Source of the DNA: an uncultured Dehalococcoidia bacterium
Lineage (GTDB): Bacteria; Chloroflexota; Dehalococcoidia; Lucifugimonadales; UBA3495
Length of the DNA stretch: 64,000 bases
Assembly (NCBI GenBank): GCA_950072105.1
Contig: CATMOE010000002.1
Coordinates: forward strand, 79,778 to 143,777
Direction: 5' to 3'
Of this stretch, positions 9,248 through 19,424 are shown in pieces. The stretch's first letter is position 1, and each line of letters begins with the position of its first letter. The position numbers and the translations under genes were made by a program. Below the pieces are notes generated by a model. It was not told where the DNA came from. It made no database searches and saw nothing but the letters and a program-made list of their open reading frames with translations.

Positions 9248-10294
9248 CTAAGATGACGTGGTCAAGACGGCAGAAAGAGCTTCCATGTCTAAGTTTTGCC
9301 GCATGAGCTGGCCGAACCTTTCTACCTTAGTTCGGGAGTAAGGCGTGGCCCGTTCCAAAACGCCCGCTAGGGCCTCGGCGGTGCTCAGCGTGCTTTCCGT
9401 CACCGAGATCAACGGCACGTCCTTTTCCAAGGCTTCGGCTTTAACGTAGTCCGAGGGCTCGGAGCCGCCGGTTAATACCAGGCATTTGGTGTCTTCCATC
9501 AAGCTGGCCATCTGGATATCGGGCCGCTCCGCCCGGACGATCACTGCCTGGTTGGCGTAGCGTCCATAGTATGTGTGTCCAGCGTCCATTATGTTGCCGC
9601 CCAACAAGAACCGGTCGATGCAGGCGTCCGTGTTCACCGGGTCTTGGATCCACCGCCCGCCTAGCTGCTCGGAGATCTGCTGCACAGTCACTCCCAGCAT
9701 GACACGGTCTTCGGGGATAGCGCCAAATACCGTTGCTCCGGCGGCGCGCAGTTGAGCCAGTGATCCCCGCTCAACGTCTCGTTGCCGATAGCTAGTCACG
9801 CCGTTGATGACAAGTCCGGACAAGCCTGGGGAAAAGCTCTCGGCGGCGCTTAGCACCGTCTGGAAGTCCAGTCCGTTAGCGTAGGGGAATATCAACAAGG
9901 CCGGGCACGCCAACAGATCGGTCAGGTCGATAGGCAGGGACCAAGGCTCTCCATCCGGTGACACGGCGTCGGGGCCCTCGATCAGGACTACGCCGGCGGT
10001 ACTTTGAATTTCTGATAGACACTGACGGATGGTTTGGGATTGTTCCTCCGGCAGGAGCGGGCCGTTAGAGCCGTTCCTCGGCAGCGCCAAAGGCGTAGGA
10101 ACCGGCGGGCCGTCCGTACCGGCAAGGATCGTTTCGGAGATAAATGAGATATCCGGGTCGTTGTCCGGGGAGGTGGAGAATGGTTTGTAATAGGCCACTC
10201 TCCGGCCTTCAGCGAGCAGCTGGGTCAGAAGCGCCGCTACCAGGCTGGTCTTGCCGGAGCCGGAAAGATGGGCGGAGACTAGCAATACTCCCAA
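9248..10294 (-). CDS. BioD-like P-loop + DRTGG domain protein (phosphotransacetylase N-terminal family)
   Basis: GSGKT, YYKP, VLIEG, AERPDIQMA, LVLTGG. Confidence 0.8.
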   Translation of the reverse strand: MGVLLVSAHLSGSGKTSLVAALLTQLLAEGRRVAYYKPFSTSPDNDPDISFISETILAGTDGPPVPTPLALPRNGSNGPLLPEEQSQTIRQCLSEIQSTAGVVLIEGPDAVSPDGEPWSLPIDLTDLLACPALLIFPYANGLDFQTVLSAAESFSPGLSGLVINGVTSYRQRDVERGSLAQLRAAGATVFGAIPEDRVMLGVTVQQISEQLGGRWIQDPVNTDACIDRFLLGGNIMDAGHTYYGRYANQAVIVRAERPDIQMASLMEDTKCLVLTGGSEPSDYVKAEALEKDVPLISVTESTLSTAEALAGVLERATPYSRTKVERFGQLMRQNLDMEALSAVLTTSS

Positions 10295-10339
10295 GAAAAC
10301 CTCCCGGGGTATACCGGCGGAACTGATGTATTCAGAACT

Positions 10340-11041
10340 TCAGTCCAGCACATCCTTCTCACCGGTGTGGTAGGGATCGAAACCCTGGGGAAATCGAGTG
10401 GTATCGTCGAACTTGGCCATGCTGAGGTCGGAACGGTGGAGACTGGCCCGGTCGAAGTTAGCACCCCTCATGTCGGACATAGTCCACATAGAATCGCGTA
10501 TCATCGCCTTGGTAAAGTCCGCGCCGGTCATCACCGCCCGGTCCATGTCCGCCCCGTTCATGTTGGCCGACTGAAAGCAAGCGTTGGTCAGATCCGTGCC
10601 GCGAAGGTCTACTTCCAACATGGTCGCCATGCTAAAGTCGGCCCCGGTCAGGTCGGCGCTTAGGAAGCAGGCACGCACCACACGGCTCCAGCGAAGGTTG
10701 GCTCCTCGTAGCGAAGCCCGCTTAACGTCGGCCCAATACAGATTAACGTTGGTCAAGTTTGCGCCTTCCAAGTTTGCGCCGGCTAGAGTAGCCCTGCCCA
10801 TATCGGCGCCTTCTAAGTTAGCGCTGGTGAGGTCCGCGCCGGCAAAGCTGGCCCGGAAGAGAGATGCTCCGGCAAGAGAGGCGCCGCTCAGGTTGGCGTT
10901 CCTGATCTTACACTCTTTTAGATCGGCGCCGGATAGGTCTACGCCTTCCAGGTCCAAAGCGACTCCCGGGTTCTCTTCACGCCAATCGGCGATGGACTTG
11001 GGGCCGGCTTTGACCACCGCTAGATGCTCTTGGTTGGCCAC
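10340..11041 (-). CDS. Pentapeptide repeat protein
   Basis: Tandem A(D/N)Lxx repeats, C-terminal TRFPQGFDP. Confidence 0.93.
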   Translation of the reverse strand: MANQEHLAVVKAGPKSIADWREENPGVALDLEGVDLSGADLKECKIRNANLSGASLAGASLFRASFAGADLTSANLEGADMGRATLAGANLEGANLTNVNLYWADVKRASLRGANLRWSRVVRACFLSADLTGADFSMATMLEVDLRGTDLTNACFQSANMNGADMDRAVMTGADFTKAMIRDSMWTMSDMRGANFDRASLHRSDLSMAKFDDTTRFPQGFDPYHTGEKDVLD

Positions 11042-11144
11042 TAGTTACGCTCCATGTATCAGTGCTTCACAAAATATGCAGCCCTGGAAAAGACCCCAGA
11101 GCTGCATCCCAACGAAGTTATCCTAAGTTGGCCTAGGCACGCTA

Positions 11145-11444
11145 TTATCCGCTGGCCACCGCCGTATCGAACTCGAATATCTTCTCGGCGACCATCATTT
11201 TTAGCTCGTTGATCTTGGTGAGGTTGGGGAACCCGTTGGGGTCGGCCTTGCGGTCGAAGATCAACTCCCCGTTCAGCATGACTTCAAGCCTGCCTTGATG
11301 GACCGGGGTTAGCTTGATCGCCACATCTCCGGGGTCATGGGCGGTCCACAACTCGGTCGCCATCCACGAGGCGACGGGATAGTAGCCTCAAGCCAAGCAG
11401 TAGATGACTTCAATCTCCACTTTGCCATACTCTGGATCCGGCAT
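11145..11444 (-). CDS. Rdx-family (SelT/SelW/SelH-like) selenoprotein, 99 aa, with Sec (TGA) at codon 19 in a CxxU motif
   Basis: RBS AGGAGG, ATG at 11444: MPDPEYGKVEIEVIYCLA-TGA-GYYPVASWMATELW...GRLEVMLNGELIFDRK...GFP. The in-frame TGA is at 11388-11390 and the downstream frame is the 72-aa ORF of the track. Confidence 0.88.
11356..11387 (-). promoter_or_regulatory. Candidate bacterial SECIS hairpin
   Basis: 12 nt after the UGA: stem GTCGCC...GGCGAC enclosing TCGTGGAT. Confidence 0.55.
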
Positions 11445-11544
11445 GTTCCTCCTAAGTTAAGGACCGATATATTCGCAGTGTAATCATTCCGTATATTGGA
11501 TGCAACCGGACTAACACCCGGTGCTTTGATCTACGGCGGCGTTG

Positions 11545-11964
11545 CTAAACGATGGCGGTACCGATGCCGGCGGCGGTCCTGTCATGGTTCTGGTTTTCGC
11601 AGTGGAGGTCCACCGTGATTTCCGTCCCATTCTCAACCTGCCGCTGGCTGCTGACCGAGCCAGTGACGGTAATGGTATCCCCGTTCTTCACCGGGCGCAG
11701 AAACTTGAGATTGACGCTGCCGGTGTGATGAAAGACGTCGGGGCCGAAGAACTTGCGCATGGCTTCAGAAGCAAAGGCTATGGACATACGGCCGGAAGCC
11801 AGCGTATAGGTGGTGCCCAAGCGTTGCTTGGCCAGTTCTTCGTTGTTGTGGATATTTTCGCGCTCCAGAATCGCACAGGACTCGAACTGGAGAATACTTT
11901 CCGTGGTCACGGATTTGGTAACCGAGGGAATCTGAGCGCCGATCTCTATGTTTGTGGATTCCAT
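11545..11964 (-). CDS. MaoC/hotdog-fold dehydratase
   Basis: ENIHNNEELAK, TLASG, KFLRPVKNGDTITVTG. Confidence 0.8.
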   Translation of the reverse strand: MESTNIEIGAQIPSVTKSVTTESILQFESCAILERENIHNNEELAKQRLGTTYTLASGRMSIAFASEAMRKFFGPDVFHHTGSVNLKFLRPVKNGDTITVTGSVSSQRQVENGTEITVDLHCENQNHDRTAAGIGTAIV

Positions 11965-12371
11965 TTCTTTCCTACCTCATCGGGTTTTTTCATTTGATAC
12001 GTCTTAAGCCTTTCCAACAACCGCCCGTCCTCATCAGTGGCTGTGGCCTCGATCACCAGATAGGGCTTGTCCCGGCGAAGGTACTTGTCGGCGATGCGGC
12101 CTTTGACGAAGATTTTCTTGCCGGGGATGGGTGGGTTGAAAAACTCAACCTCGTTGCCCGCGTTTACACCGCCGGTGGTGTCGTTATAAACTATGTTCAG
12201 AGCGGTGGCATCGTGCTTGACGGCGAGTGTCGGAAAGCAGGCTTCAGGGTCGTCGATGGAAGCGCGGAAGTTGTCCAGCATTTCCTGGGTGAGGAGGTAT
12301 TCGTAGGAGCCCAACTCCTCACCAATCTCCAGCTTGTCGTAGTCTAATATCTTCAGTGGTTGCTCGGCCAT
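11946..12371 (-). CDS. MaoC-N/hotdog-fold partner protein (start MAEQPLK)
   Basis: RBS GGAGGAG before ATG at 12371; GNEVEFFNPPIPG, IADKYLRRDKPYLVIE; overlaps the MaoC gene. Confidence 0.75.
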   Translation of the reverse strand: MAEQPLKILDYDKLEIGEELGSYEYLLTQEMLDNFRASIDDPEACFPTLAVKHDATALNIVYNDTTGGVNAGNEVEFFNPPIPGKKIFVKGRIADKYLRRDKPYLVIEATATDEDGRLLERLKTYQMKKPDEVGKKWNPQT

Positions 12372-12553
12372 TTGCAATCTCCTCCTGGCTGTTGGGTGTC
12401 CGGCGAGCCTGACGTATTCTATCATGTAACCGCCTAGCTCGGCGTCGTCGTGATCGGCCCCAGATGGGTTTGTCCTTAGCTCCCGCCATAGCCTATAATG
12501 AGCTTACCGATCCGGCCGGATGGATGATTGTTGCAAGGAAAGCACAAAAGAGT

Positions 12554-13348
12554 ATGGACTTAACCTTCGACATAGGAGACCCACGACGCCCCAAAGGGCA
12601 CGCCGTGTTGTATTTCCGGGTGGACACGGAGCCGGATAAAGTGTACGCCACTTACGTTGTCACGCTGCCCATCAAGGCAGACCTGGGCAAGTATGTCCCG
12701 CCATTCCTGGCGACACATCTTGGCGGGCTGCCCTTGAACGATCTATCTGCCTTCGCCATGCCTCCGCTACCGGAACCCGTGGACAGCTTCACGGAGTTGG
12801 AGCGCATCAGCAAATTGAGGCAAGACGATCTGGTTTACGCCAGCAGTATGTTTTCCTTTGATCTGCCCCGAATGATGGAAGCGGTGACTGAGGCGGTACA
12901 GGCGTACTCCGACCTTTGGACTCAGTGCCTTGGCGATGCTGGCATGGCGCCTGTTGAGGCCATTGAAGAGGCCACCACTTCGGATGTCCCAGCCCCCGAA
13001 GTCGATGATGATCAGTCTTATCAGGTAAACGAGGTCCTCTTTGGCTTGATGAGCGAAAGCGACAAACTGGCTGAGTTGGCGCGCTTACTGGGGACTATGC
13101 GGTTCGCCGTGGAAGGCGGAGACGCGGGCACCGTAGATGAGATGTCTCAAGAGATCACTGTCCTCGCCCGGCACCTGCCGGAGACTTTCCGAGTTAGCAG
13201 CCTGCTGGCGGTTGCCAAGGATACGTCACAGAAAGCGTCAAGGTTGGCTCAACTTTATCTGGACCGCTGCTTCCGCTTATCCGCGGGCGATTATTCCACC
13301 GTTCAAGGTCTTGACGACGAGATACGTGCCCTCGAAACCCAGGAATAA
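12554..13348 (+). CDS. Hypothetical protein
   Basis: Long ORF with protein-like composition; likely start MDLTFDIGD; no family recognised. Confidence 0.7.
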   Translation: MDLTFDIGDPRRPKGHAVLYFRVDTEPDKVYATYVVTLPIKADLGKYVPPFLATHLGGLPLNDLSAFAMPPLPEPVDSFTELERISKLRQDDLVYASSMFSFDLPRMMEAVTEAVQAYSDLWTQCLGDAGMAPVEAIEEATTSDVPAPEVDDDQSYQVNEVLFGLMSESDKLAELARLLGTMRFAVEGGDAGTVDEMSQEITVLARHLPETFRVSSLLAVAKDTSQKASRLAQLYLDRCFRLSAGDYSTVQGLDDEIRALETQE

Positions 13349-13493
13349 TCTGCTCCGCGCTTTCCCGTCCCCGAACGAGTATGTTCTCCCCGAAGATGAC
13401 CCCTAACCGGTCCTGACTGTTTTAGCCCTACCCGGCTGGTACAATAAACGCGGCAAGCGCCTCAGGGCTAGGAGTTGCTACTTCCGGGAGGGA

Positions 13494-14720
13494 ATGGACC
13501 GGGTGGCCTACATCTCACGCCTCAGCCTGACTAATTTCCGCAATCTAGTGGAGCTGGAACTGGACCTCCCTATAGGCGTGTCCGTGTTTTATGGCGCCAA
13601 TGCCCAGGGTAAGACCACATTGCTGGAGGCCATTTACCTCTTGGCGATCGCTCGCTCCTACCGGGCGGAGAACGAGCGGGAAGTGGTCAACTTCCAGGCG
13701 GCCGCCGAGGGAGGTCAAGCCTTGGTGGGAGGCATCGTCGAAAAGGACGGGGAGCGGCTGGCGGTCTACGTGGGTTACCAGAGCGTGCCCCACAGGACGG
13801 ATCCTCAAAGCGCTGAGAGGGTTACCGGGACTAAAGGCTACACCGTTCGAAAAGAGATCCGGGTTAGCCGGGTCCGCCGGACCGCCACCGAATTGGTGGG
13901 CATGGTCAATTCGGTTCTCTTCACCGCCGACGATATCCAACTCGTCTTCGGTCCTCCGGCCGGCCGCAGGCGCTACTTAGACATCCTTATCTCCCAAGCT
14001 GACAATCAGTACCTGAAGGGGTTGCAGCGTTATCAGCGGGTGGTGCAGCAGCGCAACCAGCTACTGCGTCTCGTCCGGGACGGGCGTGCCAGGGCGGACG
14101 AATTGGAGTTCTGGGATGGGGAATTGGTGCGTGAAGGGGCGTGGCTAACTTGGAAACGGCACGAAGCGATGAAAACGTTGTATTCTTGGTGCGCCCAGCG
14201 GCATCGTGATCTGAGCGGGACGGACGAAGAGTTTCGGCTGGAATACCGTCCAAGCGTTCCGGTAGCTGAAGATTCTAATGCGGTCGAGAAAAACTTTCGC
14301 GATTCGTTGGCAGCAGCCCAAGCCAAAGAACGCGCCACCGCCGTTACGGCGGCAGGCCCGCACCGGGATGATTTCTCTCTTCTGATAGACGGGGTCGACA
14401 TGGGCACCTTCGCGTCCCGTGGGCAGGCCCGCACCATCGCCCTTACGCTACGGTTGGCTGAGGCCGCCTATCTGTCGGCGGTGCGGCACGAGGCTCCCAT
14501 TATCTTGCTAGACGACGTATTGTCGGAGATGGACGCGTCCCGCCGCTTACGAGTGATGGAGCAAGTGACCCAGTATCAACAAGTTTTGATCACCACCACC
14601 GACTTGGAGCCGGTGCGGGACTTCTTCGGCCCGGCGGCAAGTTACTTCCGGGTTGGCGAGGGTAAGGTTTACCGCGAGGATTATCAGCCGGATGGGTCGC
14701 ATCCGGTGGGCACGTATTAA
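13494..14720 (+). CDS. recF: DNA replication/repair protein RecF
   Basis: NFRN, GANAQGKT, RRRYLD, GPHRDD, ASRGQAR, LLDDVLSEMD. Confidence 0.97.
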   Translation: MDRVAYISRLSLTNFRNLVELELDLPIGVSVFYGANAQGKTTLLEAIYLLAIARSYRAENEREVVNFQAAAEGGQALVGGIVEKDGERLAVYVGYQSVPHRTDPQSAERVTGTKGYTVRKEIRVSRVRRTATELVGMVNSVLFTADDIQLVFGPPAGRRRYLDILISQADNQYLKGLQRYQRVVQQRNQLLRLVRDGRARADELEFWDGELVREGAWLTWKRHEAMKTLYSWCAQRHRDLSGTDEEFRLEYRPSVPVAEDSNAVEKNFRDSLAAAQAKERATAVTAAGPHRDDFSLLIDGVDMGTFASRGQARTIALTLRLAEAAYLSAVRHEAPIILLDDVLSEMDASRRLRVMEQVTQYQQVLITTTDLEPVRDFFGPAASYFRVGEGKVYREDYQPDGSHPVGTY

Positions 14721-14761
14721 ATGACTCCTGATGTGTCCGAACGAAAGGTGCTAGAACCCCT

Positions 14762-16966
14762 ATGACAGTTACTCAACAAGAGCTGGATGAAATAGCCCTT
14801 TCCAGGGCCGAATACGACTTGATCTTGGACCGGCTGGACCGGGAGCCTAACCCGGTGGAGCTGGGCATGTTCGGCGCTCTTTGGAGCGAACATTGCGGAT
14901 ACAAGCATTCCCGCCCTCTGCTGAAGTTGTTCCCCAGCCGCTCGCCTCGGGTGCTGTCCGATCCAGGTGCGGAGAACGCCGGCGCGGTGGACTTGGGGGA
15001 TGGGATCGTAGCGGTCTTCAAAGTGGAGTCCCACAACCACCCCTCGGCCGTGGAACCCCTTCAGGGCGCGGCTACCGGTGTTGGCGGAATCGTGCGCGAC
15101 ATATTGGCTATGGGCGCCCGTCCAATCGCCCTGCTCAACTCCCTTCGCTTCGGTCCCCTGGATAACGCCCACAACCGCCACCTGTTCCAGGGCGTGGTGG
15201 GAGGCATCTCCTGGTACGGCAACTGTATCGGGATCCCCGACGTGGGGGGCGAGATCTACTTCGACAGTTGCTATTCCCAAAACCCGCTGGTCAACGCCAT
15301 GTGTGTTGGTTTGGTGAACAAGGCAGACCTGGCTACGTCAGCGGCGGGCGACGAGGGCAACGTCTTGCTGCTGGTGGGTTCAGGGACGGGCCGTGATGGG
15401 ATCCACGGCGCTTCGGGGTTGGCTTCACGCACCTTTGAGGAAGCGCAGGAACTGCGGCCCACCGTGCAGGTTGGCAACCCGTTTCTGGAAAAAATCTTGA
15501 TAGAATCCTGCCTCGAAGCCTTGGCAACCGGCGACGTGGTGGCGATCCAAGACCTGGGCGCCGCCGGACTGACCAGCTCAACCGTGGAATCGGCGGACAA
15601 GGCAGGGAAGGGGTTCATCCTGGATATATCTCAGGTGCACCGGCGAGAGGACGGTATGACTCCCTACGATGTCATGCTGTCCGAGTCTCAAGAAAGAATG
15701 CTATTGGTGGTTGCGCCGGCCAAGGTAGAGAGGATTCGCCGGATCTTCGATAAGTGGGAGATTCCCTGCCGTGATATCGGGCGGGTGATCAGCGATCCCG
15801 TTGCCCGCATCGTCGAAGAGGATAAAACGATAGCCCAGGTGCCCATTCGCCACCTGTCGGACGCCCCCAAGTACCGGCTTAAAGGGGTTCCTTCTGAGGA
15901 TCAAGCGCGGCGGCAGCGGCTCTCCCTTTCCGAAGTGTCATTGCCCTCGGTAAGTCCGGAAGAGGTGCTGTTGCGGCTTCTGGGGGCCCCAAACATCGCC
16001 AGCAAAGAAGGGGTGTACCGCCAATACGACCATCAGGTGCAAACCAACACGGTGGTGGGGCCTGGCAGCGATGCCGCTTTGCTGCGCCTCAGGGGCACGG
16101 ACAGGGCCATTGCGTTGAGCATTGACGGCAATGGCCGCTATTGCTACCTGGACCCCTTCCGGGGCGGCCAGATAGCCGTGGCCGAAGTTTGCCGCAATCT
16201 GTCTTGCTCAGGCGCCGAACCGATGGCCCTTACCGACTGCCTAAATTTTGGCGACCCAGAGAAGCCGGAGGTCTATTACCAGCTTGAGTGGTGCATCCGC
16301 GGCATGGCCCAGGCGTGCCGTGTCCTGGGAGTGCCCGTGGTTAGCGGCAATGTCAGTCTGTACAACGAGTCCCGGGGACAGGCGATCCATCCTACTCCGG
16401 TGCTGGGTGGGTTGGGCCTGCTGGAGGATATCGCACGCTACGCCCAATCCGCGTTCCCGGGTGATGGGCTGACGGTGGCTTTGTTGGGAGACGTTGGGAG
16501 CAGGCCCCGGTCCTCGGACCTGGCCGGAAGCGAGTATCTACAAGTGTTCCACGGCAAGATCGAAGGCCGTCCGGCTATAGACCTGGATATGGAGCGGAAG
16601 TTGCAAGCCCTCTGCCGCCGGGCTATCCGGGACGGAATCTTGGCTTCGGCTCACGACTGCGCCGAGGGCGGCCTGGCGGTGGCCCTGGCGGAATGCAGCG
16701 TTCAGGGCGGAGCCGGATTCATGGGTGAGTTCCCTCTGCCGCAAAGGTGGGACGCGGCTCTGTTCGGAGAGCGCCAATCCCGGATAGTGGTGTCCTTAGC
16801 TGAAAACGACTGGACGGCGCTGCAGCGGCTGGCGGACGAGTCAGGAGTCCCAATACGCCGGCTTGGGACCACCGGCGGGGACCGGTTTAGGGTGAATCGT
16901 CAGATCGACCTTCCCCTTCAGGAGATCAGCGGCGCTTGGCGGGAAGGGTTGGAGCGGGCGTTGTGA
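14762..16966 (+). CDS. purL: Phosphoribosylformylglycinamidine synthase subunit PurL
   Basis: WSEHCGYK, KVESHNHPS, DLGAAGL, SESQERM, SGNVSLYN, AHDCAEGG. Confidence 0.98.
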   Translation: MTVTQQELDEIALSRAEYDLILDRLDREPNPVELGMFGALWSEHCGYKHSRPLLKLFPSRSPRVLSDPGAENAGAVDLGDGIVAVFKVESHNHPSAVEPLQGAATGVGGIVRDILAMGARPIALLNSLRFGPLDNAHNRHLFQGVVGGISWYGNCIGIPDVGGEIYFDSCYSQNPLVNAMCVGLVNKADLATSAAGDEGNVLLLVGSGTGRDGIHGASGLASRTFEEAQELRPTVQVGNPFLEKILIESCLEALATGDVVAIQDLGAAGLTSSTVESADKAGKGFILDISQVHRREDGMTPYDVMLSESQERMLLVVAPAKVERIRRIFDKWEIPCRDIGRVISDPVARIVEEDKTIAQVPIRHLSDAPKYRLKGVPSEDQARRQRLSLSEVSLPSVSPEEVLLRLLGAPNIASKEGVYRQYDHQVQTNTVVGPGSDAALLRLRGTDRAIALSIDGNGRYCYLDPFRGGQIAVAEVCRNLSCSGAEPMALTDCLNFGDPEKPEVYYQLEWCIRGMAQACRVLGVPVVSGNVSLYNESRGQAIHPTPVLGGLGLLEDIARYAQSAFPGDGLTVALLGDVGSRPRSSDLAGSEYLQVFHGKIEGRPAIDLDMERKLQALCRRAIRDGILASAHDCAEGGLAVALAECSVQGGAGFMGEFPLPQRWDAALFGERQSRIVVSLAENDWTALQRLADESGVPIRRLGTTGGDRFRVNRQIDLPLQEISGAWREGLERAL

Positions 16967-18129
16967 GCGACGCCCCTCTCCGGGTCCTATTTTTGACCCC
17001 TTATTTTCGCCCTTACCTGGGCGGGATCGAGCGGGCCATCGAGCAACTCACTTTCCAGATTCAGAAATCCGATCAAGTTGAGGCGGTGGCGGTACTAACC
17101 ACCAAGTACGCTTTCCCCCGGGTGCCTCATCCGGACTGGGCCGACCGGGAAACCACGGAAGAGGGCATCGGCATCTACCGGCTGAAAGGATTTCCCAAAC
17201 GTTCTATCCCGCTGTATTCTTGCCCGCTGGTCTGGTTCTCGCCGATGCAGGTACGTGGTTACCTCAAAGAATTCAACCCCAACGTTGTCCACTTCGTGGG
17301 CGATGGCTGGTTCTGGGGACACTTCTGGTCGTGGTTCTGGTACCGCAATCAAGCCCGGTTCGTGTTCACCCCCTCCTACCACGCCTTGCCCCTGATCCGC
17401 TGGTGGCTCCGGCCCATAAACGCGTTCATCTGCAATGTGGTGGACCATGTGATCGCCCTGACTCGCCAGGAGGCCAACCTGGTGCGCCGGGCCTATCTGG
17501 TACCCGGGAAGAAACTGGGTATCATCGGGTGGGGGGCGCCCCTGCCCGAGACCACGCTTACTCCCGATCCCCAGGGGGCAGGTGAACCTCTCACTCTTTT
17601 ATGCGTTGGACGGTTGGGCCGGCACAAAGGTCAAGAGTGGCTGCTGGGAGTATACCGGCGGGCTCGCGGTCAATTTCAACGTTCGGTGCAGTTGATCCTG
17701 GTAGGACGAGATGAAGGTGATGAAAAGAAGATTGCTGGAATCATCCGGGATTATGGATTGGGCGATGAGGTAGCGATGGTCGGGGAAGTCTCCGATAAAG
17801 AGCTTACAGACTGGTACGCCAAAGCCGACCTCTTCGTCCTGTTTTCTCAATACGAGGCCTTCGGGTTGGTATTTTTCGAAGCGATGGCCTACGGAGCTCC
17901 CGTACTTACCCACGACGTAGGCGCCAATCGGGAGTTGTTGACCCGGGGCGCGGTGGTGGTGGAGCGGTTCGATGAGGATGAGGCCGTTGGAGAGTTGGTG
18001 CGGTTGGTGAACGACGGCGCCCACCGAGATCGATTAGCCGAGGACGCCCGGGACTACGCACTGTCAGAGTTCACCTGGCCGGCGGTTGCCGAAAAATACT
18101 TGGGCGTTTATGAGGTTGCGGGTTCTTAG
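16963..18129 (+). CDS. GT4-family (GT-B) glycosyltransferase
   Basis: GGIE, VGRLGRHKG, EAFGLVFFEAMAYG; GTG overlaps the purL stop. Confidence 0.9.
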   Translation: MSDAPLRVLFLTPYFRPYLGGIERAIEQLTFQIQKSDQVEAVAVLTTKYAFPRVPHPDWADRETTEEGIGIYRLKGFPKRSIPLYSCPLVWFSPMQVRGYLKEFNPNVVHFVGDGWFWGHFWSWFWYRNQARFVFTPSYHALPLIRWWLRPINAFICNVVDHVIALTRQEANLVRRAYLVPGKKLGIIGWGAPLPETTLTPDPQGAGEPLTLLCVGRLGRHKGQEWLLGVYRRARGQFQRSVQLILVGRDEGDEKKIAGIIRDYGLGDEVAMVGEVSDKELTDWYAKADLFVLFSQYEAFGLVFFEAMAYGAPVLTHDVGANRELLTRGAVVVERFDEDEAVGELVRLVNDGAHRDRLAEDARDYALSEFTWPAVAEKYLGVYEVAGS

Positions 18130-18184
18130 AAGCTGATTCCCACGAATTTAAGGGAGAAATTTCTCCTCCACATAAGGATTTAGG

Positions 18185-19414
18185 ATGGATAGACAAGAAT
18201 TGGAAGCCAAAGCTCGGCAGATTTTGTTGACCAATCTTAAGCAGGGAGTGGCCGACTGGAACGGCAAAGAATACAGCTTTGTTTGTCCCTCTCTGACCGG
18301 TTACCCCTTCCAGTGGTTCTGGGACTCCTGCTTCCACGCCATCGCCCTCATCCACTTGGACCTGGAACAGGCCAAGAAGGAGTTAACTACCCTGATGAGC
18401 GGTGCGCTGCCCAACGGCTTCATGCCCCACATGATCTTCTGGGAGATGGAGAAGCAGCCTGACTTCCTGAGCCGGAACATCGTTGGAATGACTACCCCCA
18501 ATACTTCAGCGACCATGCAGCCGCCCATCATCGCTTATGCCGTGGAGCGGGTCTACCAGGCCACCGGCGACGAGGCCTTTAAGGATGCGGCGCTACCGGT
18601 GTTAACCGGGTTCTACCGATGGCTGCGCGAGATGCGCGATCCCGATAACGACGGTCTGATCGCGGTTATCCAGCCCGAGGAGGCGGGTACCGACTGCTCG
18701 CCCAAGTACGATGAGGTCTTGGGCCTGGAGGAGTTGAGCAACCAGGGATTCATCACCGCGTTGCGCAAGGTCTATGCGGCGTACGAGCCCCTTCGTGGCG
18801 ACGACCACCGGATTCTGGCCGCCGATCTGTTCCATGTGGAAGACGTTCTGGTGAACTCCATCTACGTCATGGGATTGCGTTCGTTGGCCAGACTGTTGGG
18901 CGACGCGCCGGAGGCGGCGGAGTTTAACCGGGAAGCCGACAAGACTCGAGACGCTTTGCTGGCCAAGTGTTGGGACGAGGAAGTGGGTGCCTTTTTCGAT
19001 CTATCCGGAGTGGCCGAGAAGCCTCTGAAAGAAGTGACGATAAGCTCGTTGATGCCGCTGGTGATGGAAGACCTGCCCCGGCCCATCGTCGAGCGGTTGG
19101 TGAACACGTGGGTAACGGATCCCAAGCATTTCTGGACACCCTACCCGCTGCCATCGGTGCCCGCCTCGGACCCCAAGTTCATGCCAGGTAACCCCAGAGG
19201 GTTCATCTGGCGTGGGCCTTCCTGGATTAACACCAACTGGTTCTTGTCCCACGCCCTCCGACGCCATGGCTATGCGGACCTGGCGGACACGATCGTGGCG
19301 AAGAGTCAAGAGTGCATCGAGAAGTCAGGATTCCGGGAATACTACGAGCCATTCACCGCCGTAGGACTGGGGGCCAGGGACTTCGGCTGGTCCACCCTGA
19401 TTCTGGACATGTGA
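18185..19414 (+). CDS. GH63-like (mannosyl/glucosylglycerate hydrolase-type) glycoside hydrolase
   Basis: YPFQWFWDSCFHAI, TMQPP, WRGPSWINTNW, GFREYY, FGWST. Confidence 0.85.
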   Translation: MDRQELEAKARQILLTNLKQGVADWNGKEYSFVCPSLTGYPFQWFWDSCFHAIALIHLDLEQAKKELTTLMSGALPNGFMPHMIFWEMEKQPDFLSRNIVGMTTPNTSATMQPPIIAYAVERVYQATGDEAFKDAALPVLTGFYRWLREMRDPDNDGLIAVIQPEEAGTDCSPKYDEVLGLEELSNQGFITALRKVYAAYEPLRGDDHRILAADLFHVEDVLVNSIYVMGLRSLARLLGDAPEAAEFNREADKTRDALLAKCWDEEVGAFFDLSGVAEKPLKEVTISSLMPLVMEDLPRPIVERLVNTWVTDPKHFWTPYPLPSVPASDPKFMPGNPRGFIWRGPSWINTNWFLSHALRRHGYADLADTIVAKSQECIEKSGFREYYEPFTAVGLGARDFGWSTLILDM

Positions 19415-19424
19415 GGCGATCGAA

